Origin: Obrimoposthia wandeli
Lineage: Eukaryota
Reading direction: 5' to 3'
DNA: 64,000 bases
Assembly (NCBI GenBank): GCA_977020255.1
Contig: CDROCS010001209.1
Location: 1-64,000, forward strand
Below, one piece after another: positions 9,748 to 19,900 of this stretch. The notes under the pieces are model-generated. The model was not told the origin of the DNA, did no database searches, and saw nothing but the letters and a program-made list of their open reading frames with translations. Position 1 is the stretch's first letter; each line of letters starts with the position of its first letter. A program made the position numbers and the translations under genes.

Positions 9748-10050
9748 TTAAGCCGCTTCATCTTGTGATTGTTCTTCAACAATTTTAGCAGATTCAGCTT
9801 TCTTTTTAGGTGCTGGTTTTGCTTTTTTAGCACCTAAAGCGATCAATACTTCTTCACGCTTTTGCGCTAAAAATAATGATAATTCTTCTTGTTTAGCTTC
9901 ATCTTCAAAAAGTTCACTAGCAGCAAGCAAAGTAAACATTTCATCAGCCATATCAAGCATTTTGTCGTATGCGTCAGCTTCGGTCTTAGAGGTGAAAGTC
10001 ATCTTTTCTTCTCCGTTGCGCTCAACTACATATTTGACGATAACAGCCAT
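9748..10050 (-). CDS. yebG: YebG-family DNA-damage-inducible protein
   Basis: MAVIVKYVVERNGEEKMTFTSKTEADAYDKMLD is the YebG signature; start moved to the ATG at 10050 behind GGAGAGG. Confidence 0.88.
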   Translation of the reverse strand: MAVIVKYVVERNGEEKMTFTSKTEADAYDKMLDMADEMFTLLAASELFEDEAKQEELSLFLAQKREEVLIALGAKKAKPAPKKKAESAKIVEEQSQDEAA

Positions 10051-10074
10051 GGTCACCCTCTCCAAAAATTGATT

Positions 10075-10094
10075 TACTGGCTGCTTATACAGTA
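10075..10094. promoter_or_regulatory. LexA (SOS) box
   Basis: Minus strand TACTGTATAAGCAGCCAGTA = CTG-N10-CAG with TA/TA flanks, just upstream of yebG. Confidence 0.88.
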
Positions 10095-10133
10095 GTATGG
10101 CGTCTTCTGTCCAGTAGTAAGCGTGTTAATGTG

Positions 10134-10820
10134 ATGGTGAAAGAAAAGTTTTCTCAAATTTATACTCGAGCGTCTGAAAGAAAAGGCGGGGACTCTGCAC
10201 TGGAAAGTTTGCTGTCAGCGCCCTTAAGTGCTCAGGAAATAAAAAAAATACCGGATGATCGATGGTTAGCTGCTTTTTCACAGAAGGTGTTTCAATGTGG
10301 TATTAGCTGGAAAGTTGTCCGCAGTAAGTGGCCTAATTTCGAAGAGGTTTTTTTTCAGTTTAACATTGAAAAAATGCTGTTGATGCCAGCTGATATGTGG
10401 GAGCGAAAATCGACTGACCCTGCGATTATTCGCCATCTAGCTAAAGTCATGACGATTCCCGCGAATGCGCAAATGATCCATGAGGCTGCACTTGAATATG
10501 ATTCTTTTGCGGCAATGGTCGCTGATTGGCCAGAAAGTGACATCATTGGCTTATGGCGTTATATGAAGAAAAATGGCAAACGTCTGGGTGGTAATACGGG
10601 CCCTTATACTTTACGTGTAATGGGCAAAGATACGTTTTTATTGACTCAAGATGTGGAGTCTTATTTACGTAATACCGGCGTCATTGATGGGGGGCGAGAT
10701 ACTCAAAAGTCTTTATTAGCCACGCAACACGCGTTTAATGATTGGCAGCAAGAAACTGGCCGTCCATTGTCTCAGATCAGCCAGATCATTTCGTTTAGTT
10801 GTGGTGATAATCGGTTTTAA
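10134..10820 (+). CDS. DNA-3-methyladenine glycosylase I (Tag)-family protein
   Basis: DDRWLAAFSQKVFQCGISWKVVRSKWPNFEEVFFQF and IIRHLAKV resemble the Tag family; GKRLGGNTG; an alternative GTG start is at 10131. Confidence 0.75.
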   Translation: MVKEKFSQIYTRASERKGGDSALESLLSAPLSAQEIKKIPDDRWLAAFSQKVFQCGISWKVVRSKWPNFEEVFFQFNIEKMLLMPADMWERKSTDPAIIRHLAKVMTIPANAQMIHEAALEYDSFAAMVADWPESDIIGLWRYMKKNGKRLGGNTGPYTLRVMGKDTFLLTQDVESYLRNTGVIDGGRDTQKSLLATQHAFNDWQQETGRPLSQISQIISFSCGDNRF

Positions 10821-10832
10821 CTTGACCCTAGA

Positions 10833-11723
10833 CTATCGCTGTAAATCCCACTTCTGGCAAAAGTTTAGAAATAGTTTAAGAAGTGGGCTTTGGTATTTTT
10901 CTTTATGAAAAAGTAACCAATATTGGCGACGCATATCTAAGGGTAAGTTAAGAATGACTAACCGATTATCGTTCACGGCATGTTGAATGGCTAACTTTGA
11001 TAAGCAAGTGATACCTAAGTTTGCAGCAACACAATTAATGATAGCTTCGGTTGTATTGAGTTCAAATGCTTGGTGCCATTTTTCTAATCGAGGTGATATG
11101 CGGTTTAAGAAGAATTCACGCGTGCCAGACCCCGGCTCTCTTAACACCCACTCAGAATTTTCTAAATCGACCAAGCGCAGGTTATTAATCAGGGTTAATG
11201 GGTGACTAGGGTGGCAAGCGACAACCATTTCATCATCGAGCCAAGGCTCTGTCACAAGATTATCTTGCTGTACTTTACCTTCTACTAAACCGATATCGAG
11301 TTCAAACTCATTCAATTTGTGACAAATTTGCGCAGTATTAGAAATAAACAGTGATTGATCATAGTGCTGCGAGCTCTCGCGAAAATCTCTTAATAAAAAT
11401 GGGGTAATTTGATTGCCCACCGTATCACTCGAGCCAATTTTCAGGTTACCTGTGACAGGGCCTGCTTGATCAAATAAATTCTCAATGGAATGACTACGCG
11501 ACAGTAATTCATCGGCTAAAGGAAGCAATCGCTTGCCTTGTTCATTAATGATAAGGCGATTATTATTGCGATCAAAAAGCTTATGATCGAGTTGTTTTTC
11601 GAGCTCCGATAACGCCATGCTGACAGCGGGCTTAGATAAAAACAGTTTGTCAGCTGCTGCCGTAATGGTCCGTTCTTGTACGACGGTGACAAAAACTTTT
11701 AATTGCTTCAGCACAATGTTCAT
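10833..11723 (-). CDS. LysR-family regulator, YeiE/CysL-like
   Basis: N-terminal LysR HTH; DIGLVEG, WLDDEMVV and WVLREPGSGTRE motifs match the YeiE/CysL subfamily. Confidence 0.9.
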   Translation of the reverse strand: MNIVLKQLKVFVTVVQERTITAAADKLFLSKPAVSMALSELEKQLDHKLFDRNNNRLIINEQGKRLLPLADELLSRSHSIENLFDQAGPVTGNLKIGSSDTVGNQITPFLLRDFRESSQHYDQSLFISNTAQICHKLNEFELDIGLVEGKVQQDNLVTEPWLDDEMVVACHPSHPLTLINNLRLVDLENSEWVLREPGSGTREFFLNRISPRLEKWHQAFELNTTEAIINCVAANLGITCLSKLAIQHAVNDNRLVILNLPLDMRRQYWLLFHKEKYQSPLLKLFLNFCQKWDLQR

Positions 11724-11906
11724 ACAGCCCCTTTTTAGTGGTTACTATCTTCGTTAAGAAAAATTTAATCTTACGTTCAATATATTCAGTTATTATAAAT
11801 CATTCAAATTATATATAATCATTTCGTGTTCAGAGATTAACGTTTTCAGCCCAAAATGGTTTTAACCATGACACATGAGATTTGGGGTGAAATTAGAGAG
11901 GTTAAA

Positions 11907-12884
11907 ATGATTAAAGCAACTAAAAATAAAGTCGCAGGCGCACCAACCCCTATGGCGGGCTTAGCATTAGGTATCGCAAGCCTCGGCTGGTGCTGGGAAA
12001 ATGCAGCCGATCTTAATGGTGTAGGACAGGTTACAGGCGCTGTGATCGCATCAATATTGTTAGTGATTCTTACTGCAAAATTTCTTTTTCACCCTAAATC
12101 ACTTTGGAACGATCTAACACACCATGTGGTGGGGAGTGTTGTACCGACGTTCGCAATGGCTTTAATGGCAGTTTCGAAAGCCGTGGGTATTTATGCGCCA
12201 TATGCTGCACAGGTACTGTGGTTATTTGCTGTTATATTGCATTTGGTTTTCTTGGCATTGTTTGTTTACCATCGCGTAATTGAGTTTAAATTACATCACA
12301 TGGTACCAAGTTGGTTTGTGCCACCGATTGGTCTTATTGTGGCTGATGTAGCTTTCCCTGGTGGCGCTTTACGTCCGATAGCTGAAGCGTTATTAGTGTT
12401 TGGTATGGGTGTGTATGCAGTCATGTTACCTATCATGATTTATCGTTTGATTTTTAGCCATGAAATTCCAGATGCAGCCAAACCAACAATTGCGATAATG
12501 GCAGCGCCTGCGAGTTTATCGCTAGCAGGTTATTTAACGGTGGTACAAAATCCATCGCCAGTGATTATTGGCTTACTTGCTGGTATTGCAGTATTGATGA
12601 CTTTTGTTATCTATGTGGCTTTCTTCCGCTTGTTACGTCTTGATTTCAGCCCTGGCTATGCTGCATTTACATTCCCAATGGTGATTGGTGCAACTGCTCT
12701 TTATAAAACAGCAGTTTGGATGGCAGCATATGGCTTTGCACCTGAATATGTTCAGCAAGTATTTAGCCTTGCAACTATCGAACTTTATGTATCAACGGCC
12801 GTTGTATCTTATGTTGCGATTCGATACTTAGCGTTCTATCGTCCAATTTCACGATTATTCAATCCTGTTCCACATAATGCTTAA
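11907..12884 (+). CDS. TDT (TehA/SLAC1) family transporter
   Basis: PSWFVPPIG, APASLSLAGY and FSPGYAAFTFP motifs; about 10 TM segments; start placed at the ATG behind GAGAGG. Confidence 0.85.
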   Translation: MIKATKNKVAGAPTPMAGLALGIASLGWCWENAADLNGVGQVTGAVIASILLVILTAKFLFHPKSLWNDLTHHVVGSVVPTFAMALMAVSKAVGIYAPYAAQVLWLFAVILHLVFLALFVYHRVIEFKLHHMVPSWFVPPIGLIVADVAFPGGALRPIAEALLVFGMGVYAVMLPIMIYRLIFSHEIPDAAKPTIAIMAAPASLSLAGYLTVVQNPSPVIIGLLAGIAVLMTFVIYVAFFRLLRLDFSPGYAAFTFPMVIGATALYKTAVWMAAYGFAPEYVQQVFSLATIELYVSTAVVSYVAIRYLAFYRPISRLFNPVPHNA

Positions 12885-12978
12885 TATCACGCTAGGCGCT
12901 ACTCAGTATAATCTCATGTGTACCGTATTGTTTTGAGTGTGCTTTTGGTAAGCGTTATATTCTGATGTTATGTGTTTT

Positions 12979-13001
12979 GCCCGGTTCTGCCGGGCTTTTT
13001 T
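12979..13001 (+). terminator. Rho-independent terminator
   Basis: GCCCGG-TTCTG-CCGGGC followed by T6. Confidence 0.75.
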
Positions 13002-13080
13002 GTATTTGTAATTTAGGTTTGCAGCCAGCAAGTTGATGATAGACAATCAATGTAACTTTCTCTTTTTGTGAGATATCTGC

Positions 13081-16000
13081 GTGTTTACTGTTTATCACTC
13101 CAATCAACTGGATTTATTGAAGTCACTGTTAGTCGAATTGATCCGCCTTAATCCTCTTGATAATCCTTTTGAACCAGAGCAAATCTTGGTACAAAGCCCA
13201 GGGATGTCGCAGTGGTTAAAGATGGAGCTGGCGAAGTCGTTTGGTGTCGCTGCGAATCTTGAATTTCCACTGCCCGCGACTTATATCTGGAAAATGTTCA
13301 CTCAGGTATTAGCAGACGTGCCCGAGCGTAGTGCATTCAATAAAGAGGCGATGACATGGAAGTTGATGGAAGTGTTGCCCAAGCAGTTGGAATTGCCTGA
13401 ATTTGAACCCTTGAAGCGTTATTTAGACAATGATCCCGATAGTCTTAAAATTTATCAATTGGCTGAGAAAATTGCAGATATCTTCGACCAATATTTAGTG
13501 TATCGCCCAGAGTGGATTCAACAATGGGAAGCGGGTGAGGTTGTTACTGAGTTAGGGGATGAACATCCTTGGCAGCCGATTTTATGGCAAGCGTTATATG
13601 ATCAAACATTGGCATTGGGGCAGTCGCCTTATCATCGTGCCAACTTGTACGAGCACTTCATTGATACGTTAGAGAATTATGCCAGTAGTGGTACGCTGCC
13701 AGCCAATTTACCGAAGCGGCTATTTGTATTTGGTATTTCCTCGTTACCGCCTCGTTATCTTGATGCATTAGCAGCATTGGGCGAACATATTCATGTACAT
13801 CTGATGTTTACTAACCCTTGTCGTTACTACTGGGGTGATATTCGCGATCGTAAGCACTTGGCTCGATTAGCTGCCAATCAACGAGTGATTATCAAGCAAC
13901 TGAATGTTTCAAGTGATGGCACGCTACATGGTGATGAAAACGTCAGCAATGAAAATGTCGCGGTGCTGAAAGATACCGATGAAAATCATTATGATGATGA
14001 CATGCATAATGATGTTGTAGGCAACAGCTTATTAGCCTCTATGGGTAAACTGGGGCGTGACAATATGTATTTATTGTCAGAGATGCAGGTTAACGAAGTG
14101 GATGCGGGGTTTGTCGATATTGAACCTGACACACTACTGCACGCGATTCAGGCCGATATTTTAAATCTGGAAGATCGCCAGAATGATCAGATACTGGACT
14201 CTAGTTTCCACAAGTTTCCGATCAGTGATGATGATATGTCATTGTCGATTCATGCTTGCCACAGTCCGATGCGTGAAGTGGAAGTATTGCATGATAATTT
14301 ACTCGCCCTGTTCGAGGCTAAAAAAGAAAAGGGCTTAAAACCCCGTGATGTGATTGTGATGGTGGCAGACATCAATGCGTATAGCGCGGCCATTCAAGCT
14401 GTTTTCGGTAATGCGCCGGGCAATCGTTATATACCCTTCTCTATTTCAGATCGAACGGCCGAGCAAGAAAACCCTATTTTGCTGGCATTCATGCGGTTAC
14501 TGACTTTGCCTGAAAGCCGTTGTAATGCCTCTGAGTTACTGGAATTGTTAGAGGTTCCGGCTGTCATGAACAAGTTTGGCTTTGACAGCAACAGCTTCGA
14601 GAAAATTAAACGTTGGATAGAAGAAGCCGGCGTTCGTTGGGGGCTGGATGAGAAAACCGCTTGCCAATTTGAGCTGCCAGAACAAAATCAAAATACGTGG
14701 CTATTCGGTATTCAGCGAATGTTGCTGGGCTATGCCATGCCTCATGATGCGGGCTTATTTGATGGCATCTCAGCCTATGAGCAAGTTCAAGGTTTAGATG
14801 CTGAGCTAGCAGGGCAACTTGCAGGGTTTATTGATTGCTTGATCTCTTACCGTGAGCTGCTGGCACAGCCTCAATGCGCATCATCTTGGACCGATCTGCT
14901 TAATCAATTGCTAGACGATTTCTTAGCCGTTGAATTAGAAGGTGAGCTGGTACTGAAGTCGATTCGCGATAATCTACATCGCTTACATGAACAGCTTGAA
15001 GATGCGGGTTATCAGTCATTGATCTCACCAGCGGTATTGACACAGTACTTGCAAGATAAGCTATCTGGAGAACGGGTAAGTCAACGCTTCCTAGCGGGAC
15101 AGGTCAACTTCTGTACCTTGATGCCAATGCGTTCAATTCCCTTCAAAGTCGTATGTTTATTGGGGATGAACGATGGGGCTTACCCGCGAAACATTGCACC
15201 AGAAGGCTTTGATTTAATGAATGGGCGCACTAAAGCGGGTGACCGTTCACGCCGTGATGACGACCGTTATCTTTTCCTTGAAGCGATTCAATCGGCACAA
15301 GAAAGCTTGTACATCAGTTATGTAGGGCGATCGATTCAAGATAATGCTGAAAAAGTACCATCGGTATTAGTCAGTGAATTGGTGGAATACTGCCAGCAAG
15401 GTTATTGCATTGAAGGCGATGAAGCATTACCTGTTGATCAGTCTGCAGTACGATTGAAAGAAGAGCTGTTAGTTCATCACCATTCACTGGTGCCTTTTAG
15501 CCCAACCGCCTTTACTGGCGAGCAACCGAGTTTTGCCGCGGAATGGTTACCAGCCGCTGCGCGAAACGGTGAAGCAAACAAAGCGTTTCAGCTTACAGCG
15601 TTAGATGCTGAGCCAATGGGAAGCGATCAGGAGTTAGCCTTAGAATTGGCTGAATTGCAGCGATTTTGGCGTCTACCTGTACGTTACTTCTTCAATCGCC
15701 GTCTAAAGGTTTTCTTTGAACCACCGATGGGTGTGATGGAAGATGATGAACCGTTCATATTGAATGGGTTAGAAAGCTACTTGATGCGTGATGAACTATT
15801 GGCATTGCTGCTTGATGCAAAGGTGAGCAATAAAAATGAAGATGCTGTCTTTAATGCATTTTCTGCTGAACAAAAAGCCGCTGGTGGGTTACCTGTTGCG
15901 GCGTTTGGTGAGCTAGATTTAGCCATGACACGTACTGAAGTTGTGTCGTTGGCCGATAAAATTGTCCCACTTGTTAATCGTCCACTGGATGATCATGAAG

Positions 16001-16560
16001 TCGATCTTCGCTTCCAAATCGACGGTCATGAGGTGAGCCTACAAGGGTGGCTAAAACAGCGTTATCAATCTGGTTTAGTGCGTTACCGTAGTGGTAAAGT
16101 TCGTGCGCAAGACCATTTAACGGCTTGGTTTGACCATTTATGTTTAGCGGCAAGCCATTGTGGGCAACAAACCCACTTAATCGGTACCGATAAACATCTT
16201 GTGTTATCTATTATCGAACCAGATCAAGCCAAGGCTTATCTGCAAGAAGTGATGGCGTTGTATTACCACGGCTTGAATCAGCCGTTGCCTTATTTTCCTA
16301 AAACAGCGCAAGCGGGGATTCAGGCATGCATTGGTCGTGATGGTAATTGGAAAGATGATGAAGACACCCTTGATAAATCGCTGAAAAAAATGGCTGATTG
16401 CTTTAATGATGGGTATTTATTTCCAGGTGAAGGTGCTGATAGTTACATCGCACGAGTATGGCCACAATGGAATGATGAGCTTGCTGTTGAGGCGTCACAA
16501 TTAGCAGGTCGTGTTTTACAGGCTGCGATTGTAAACAGTGATGTTGTAGAAGATGACTGA
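13081..16560 (+). CDS. recC: Exodeoxyribonuclease V gamma subunit
   Basis: MFTVYHSNQLDLL start, ILVQSPGMSQWL, FCTLMPMRSIPFKVVCLLGMNDG, GDRSRRDDDRYLFLEA. Confidence 0.97.
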   Translation: MFTVYHSNQLDLLKSLLVELIRLNPLDNPFEPEQILVQSPGMSQWLKMELAKSFGVAANLEFPLPATYIWKMFTQVLADVPERSAFNKEAMTWKLMEVLPKQLELPEFEPLKRYLDNDPDSLKIYQLAEKIADIFDQYLVYRPEWIQQWEAGEVVTELGDEHPWQPILWQALYDQTLALGQSPYHRANLYEHFIDTLENYASSGTLPANLPKRLFVFGISSLPPRYLDALAALGEHIHVHLMFTNPCRYYWGDIRDRKHLARLAANQRVIIKQLNVSSDGTLHGDENVSNENVAVLKDTDENHYDDDMHNDVVGNSLLASMGKLGRDNMYLLSEMQVNEVDAGFVDIEPDTLLHAIQADILNLEDRQNDQILDSSFHKFPISDDDMSLSIHACHSPMREVEVLHDNLLALFEAKKEKGLKPRDVIVMVADINAYSAAIQAVFGNAPGNRYIPFSISDRTAEQENPILLAFMRLLTLPESRCNASELLELLEVPAVMNKFGFDSNSFEKIKRWIEEAGVRWGLDEKTACQFELPEQNQNTWLFGIQRMLLGYAMPHDAGLFDGISAYEQVQGLDAELAGQLAGFIDCLISYRELLAQPQCASSWTDLLNQLLDDFLAVELEGELVLKSIRDNLHRLHEQLEDAGYQSLISPAVLTQYLQDKLSGERVSQRFLAGQVNFCTLMPMRSIPFKVVCLLGMNDGAYPRNIAPEGFDLMNGRTKAGDRSRRDDDRYLFLEAIQSAQESLYISYVGRSIQDNAEKVPSVLVSELVEYCQQGYCIEGDEALPVDQSAVRLKEELLVHHHSLVPFSPTAFTGEQPSFAAEWLPAAARNGEANKAFQLTALDAEPMGSDQELALELAELQRFWRLPVRYFFNRRLKVFFEPPMGVMEDDEPFILNGLESYLMRDELLALLLDAKVSNKNEDAVFNAFSAEQKAAGGLPVAAFGELDLAMTRTEVVSLADKIVPLVNRPLDDHEVDLRFQIDGHEVSLQGWLKQRYQSGLVRYRSGKVRAQDHLTAWFDHLCLAASHCGQQTHLIGTDKHLVLSIIEPDQAKAYLQEVMALYYHGLNQPLPYFPKTAQAGIQACIGRDGNWKDDEDTLDKSLKKMADCFNDGYLFPGEGADSYIARVWPQWNDELAVEASQLAGRVLQAAIVNSDVVEDD

Positions 16561-16604
16561 GAGTAAGTGACTCGCGGTGAAGTAACAAAGTTGTGAAGTA
16601 AAAA

Positions 16605-16740
16605 GGTGTAGCGTGGTCGTCAGCAAATCATTTTTATTTGTAGGGTGTTTGCTGTACGACCACAGGTCCAGAGGTAGACCACGTTTCTTGCGGGCGATAC
16701 TAGCTAAACCTCTGACGCTAAACCGTGAGTAAGCTCTCAC
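16605..16740. ncRNA. Candidate structured RNA or repeat element in the recC-recB spacer
   Basis: Stems read by eye: GGTGTAGC/GCTAAACC closing GTGGTCGT-CAGCAAA/TTTGCTG-T-ACGACCAC and CAGAGGT/ACCTCTG, then GTGAG/CTCAC. Family not recognised. Confidence 0.4.
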
Positions 16741-16968
16741 ATCATTAAAGCATAATGGTATTTTACAAACCAGAAAGTGTTTATAAGTGATTGATCACAA
16801 TATCAATGCGTTCACTATCACTGATGTTAACAACAAGAGCATTATTCGCCTCGCGCTTTGTTTGAAAATGGCTTGTAAAACACATACTTATATTATGGTT
16901 ATTAGATGGTGAATATCTCGATAGAGATCCTATCTGATATGCCAACAACAAAAGGCTTTGGCAATATC

Positions 16969-19900
16969 ATGCAACCAGATTTGAATGTGCAATCAGACTT
17001 GGATAACCAATCAGACTTGAATCATCAACCAATGGATAGTGCGAATACACCCACTAAATTGCAGCCGATGACTTTCCCACTGCATGGTGCACGTTTAATT
17101 GAAGCGTCTGCTGGCACAGGAAAGACTTTTACCATTGCGAGTTTATATTTACGTTTGCTGTTGGGGCACGGTAATGCTGAAACGCGCCATGCATCAGAGC
17201 TGACTGTTGATCAGATTTTGGTGGTGACGTTTACCGAAGCGGCAACGGCTGAGTTAAGAGATCGTATTCGTGCGCGAATCCATGATGCTCAAATTGCATT
17301 TCGTCGTGGCTTTAGTAACGATCCGGTTATTGAACCGCTATTAACAGCTATTCGCGATCATAAAGCGGCGGCACAAATTCTGTTGAACGCAGAGCGCCAA
17401 ATGGATGAAGCGGCCATTTATACCATTCACGGTTTCTGCCAACGTATGCTTACCCAAAATGCATTTGAATCGGGTAGTCGTTTTAATAATGAATTTGTCA
17501 CCGATGAAAGCCAACTAAAAAGCTTGGTTACTGCTGATTATTGGCGTCGTAATTTCTACCATCTACCGCCTGCGTTAGCCAATGAAGTGCGTAATATTTG
17601 GTCATCTCCGGCGGCATTGCTAAAAGATATTGGAGGCAACCTAACGGGGGCACCAGTGAAACTCTCTGTCGCGGCAATGAGCGATTCGTTGGCTGATTTA
17701 CATCAGCAAAACATGCAGCGTATTGATGCGATTAAAGCACAATGGCGTGAGCATGAAGCAGATTTTGAACCCTTGATTGCTAATTCAGGGGTGAATAAAC
17801 GCAGTTATACAAAAAAAAGCTTACCGACTTGGCTGGCACAGGTGAACCAGTGGGCAGCACAACCGACGGATAACTATGAGTTGCCCGACAAATTGGATCG
17901 CTTTCATCAGCACACATTAATCGAGAAAACGGCGAAGGGTGAAGCCCCTGAACATGCGGTATTTGTCGCCATTGGCGAGTTGCTCGATAATCCAGCTAAC
18001 TTGCATGATCCTTTAATGGCACATGCCATCGAACAGTGCCGCGTTTTATTGGCGCAAGCAAAAGAGCGTAAAGGGTGGTTATCGTTTGATGACTTGTTAA
18101 CCCAGTTATCTGCTGCGATCGATAACGATCAAGATGATCTGCTGGCTGGGCGTATACGTAGTCAGTATCCGGTCGCAATGATTGATGAATTCCAAGATAC
18201 CGATCCACAGCAATACAGTATTTTCAGTAATATTTATCGTGATCAACCCGAATGCGGTTTGTTTATGATCGGCGATCCTAAGCAGGCGATTTATGCCTTC
18301 CGAGGCGCAGATATTTTTACGTACATTCAAGCCCGTCGTCAGGTACACGATCATTACACGCTCGATACTAACTGGCGTTCAACAGCAGATATGATTGCGT
18401 CGGTGAACAGCGTTTTCGCTCGACCTGATAGCCCGTTTATTTTCGATCAAGATATTCAATTTTTATCGGTTAACCATAGCCCTAAAGCCCCAGAACGTAG
18501 CTGGTGGTTAGATAATCAAGCTCAACATGCCTTGACGTTCTGGCATCAAGATAGTTTCGATGGCAAGCCCGTCACGAAAGGCAGTTACCAAGAAACTATG
18601 GCGAATGCGACCGCGGCACAAATTCAGAATGTGCTGACTCAAGCAGAACAAGGCAGTGCTTTTTTCCAAGACAAAGACCACAAAAAAGCGATTCAAGCCA
18701 GTGATGTTGCGGTACTAGTACGTACTGGTAATGAAGGTAAATTAGTGCGGAAGGCATTGTCAGAACAAGGCATTGCCAGTGTGTATCTGTCAAATCGAGA
18801 TAGTGTGTTTTCAACTGCCGAATCGGCAGATATTCAGCGTTTATTACAAGCCGTATTAACCCCTGAAGATGAGCGAGCATTACGGGCAGCGTTAGCCTCG
18901 AGCTTATTTGCATTAACGGCGGTTGAACTTGATGAACTCAATAATGATGAGAATGCATGGGAAGCGGCAATAAATAGCTTCAAAGAGTACCGTAAACAAT
19001 GGCTAACGCGTGGCGTAATGGCAATGATACGTAGCGTGATGGCAAAAGAAAAAATGGCTGAAAATCTATTAGCTGAAGAAGGGGGCGAGCGTCGCTTAAC
19101 TGATTTACTGCATATTGCCGAGTTACTGCAAGAAGCGAGTCAAACCTTAGACAGCGATTATGGCTTATTACGTTGGTTAGCCGAGCATGTAGCAGAGCCG
19201 AACGGCAATGCCGAAGATCAGATTTTACGTTTAGAATCAGAACGTAATTTGGTGCAAATCGTCACTATTCACAAATCGAAAGGGCTAGAGTATGACCTCG
19301 TCTTTATGCCGTTTGTGTGTAGCTATCGTGAAGTTGATAGTAAAGGTGAAGTGAAATACCACGATGAAGCAGAAAATATCACAGTATTGGATATAGCCAA
19401 GCAAGCGGATTCGATTGAAAAGGCCGATAAAGAGCGTCTAGCAGAAGATCTTCGCCTTATTTACGTTGCCTTAACGCGTGCCGTTTATGGTTGTTACGTC
19501 GGTGTGGCACCGATACGCAATGGTCGGAGTACCAAAGAACCTACGGGGTTGCATCACTCCGCAATGGGGCATTTAGTTCAAAACGGCAAAGTAGGCACCA
19601 TTGCTGATTTGGAATTAGCCTTGGCTAAATTAGCAGAAAGCCAACCGGCGATTACCATTGCTGAGCCGCCTGTTTTACCTGACGAAAAATGGCAACCGTT
19701 AGATCAAGACGATGCCAAGTTAATACCGAATCAATTTACCACTTCACTTGAACGTAATTGGTGGATGACCAGTTACTCCAGCTTAGTGAAACAAGGGCAC
19801 CAAGCCTATCATGACAGCAGCTTAGATCTGCCGGGATTTGATATTGAATCGGCGGCTGAAACGACTATTGATGCTGAAGCCAACGTTGATCATGACGGTA

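Noticed and set aside
15880-15887. E. coli Chi octamer GCTGGTGG within recC (another at 28313-28320)
   Set aside because: The two I noticed are compatible with chance, and I cannot establish the Chi sequence of this organism.
16605-16700. Hammerhead ribozyme or c-di-GMP riboswitch (minus-strand CTGACGA and GAAAC; plus-strand GCAAA and GACGC)
   Set aside because: CTGA is sequestered in the P2 stem and no NUH/stem I geometry fits; the GEMM motifs are not in the required order and spacing.
16516-16740. 74-aa minus-strand ORF and a 39-codon plus-strand GTG ORF (16613-16732) in the recC-recB spacer
   Set aside because: No recognisable family or strong RBS; the sequence is better explained by RNA structure. 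Ribosome profiling would settle it.
16787-16806. FNR/CRP-like site GTGATTGATCACAATATCAA upstream of recB
   Set aside because: Half-site spacing fits neither TTGAT-N4-ATCAA nor TGTGA-N6-TCACA.
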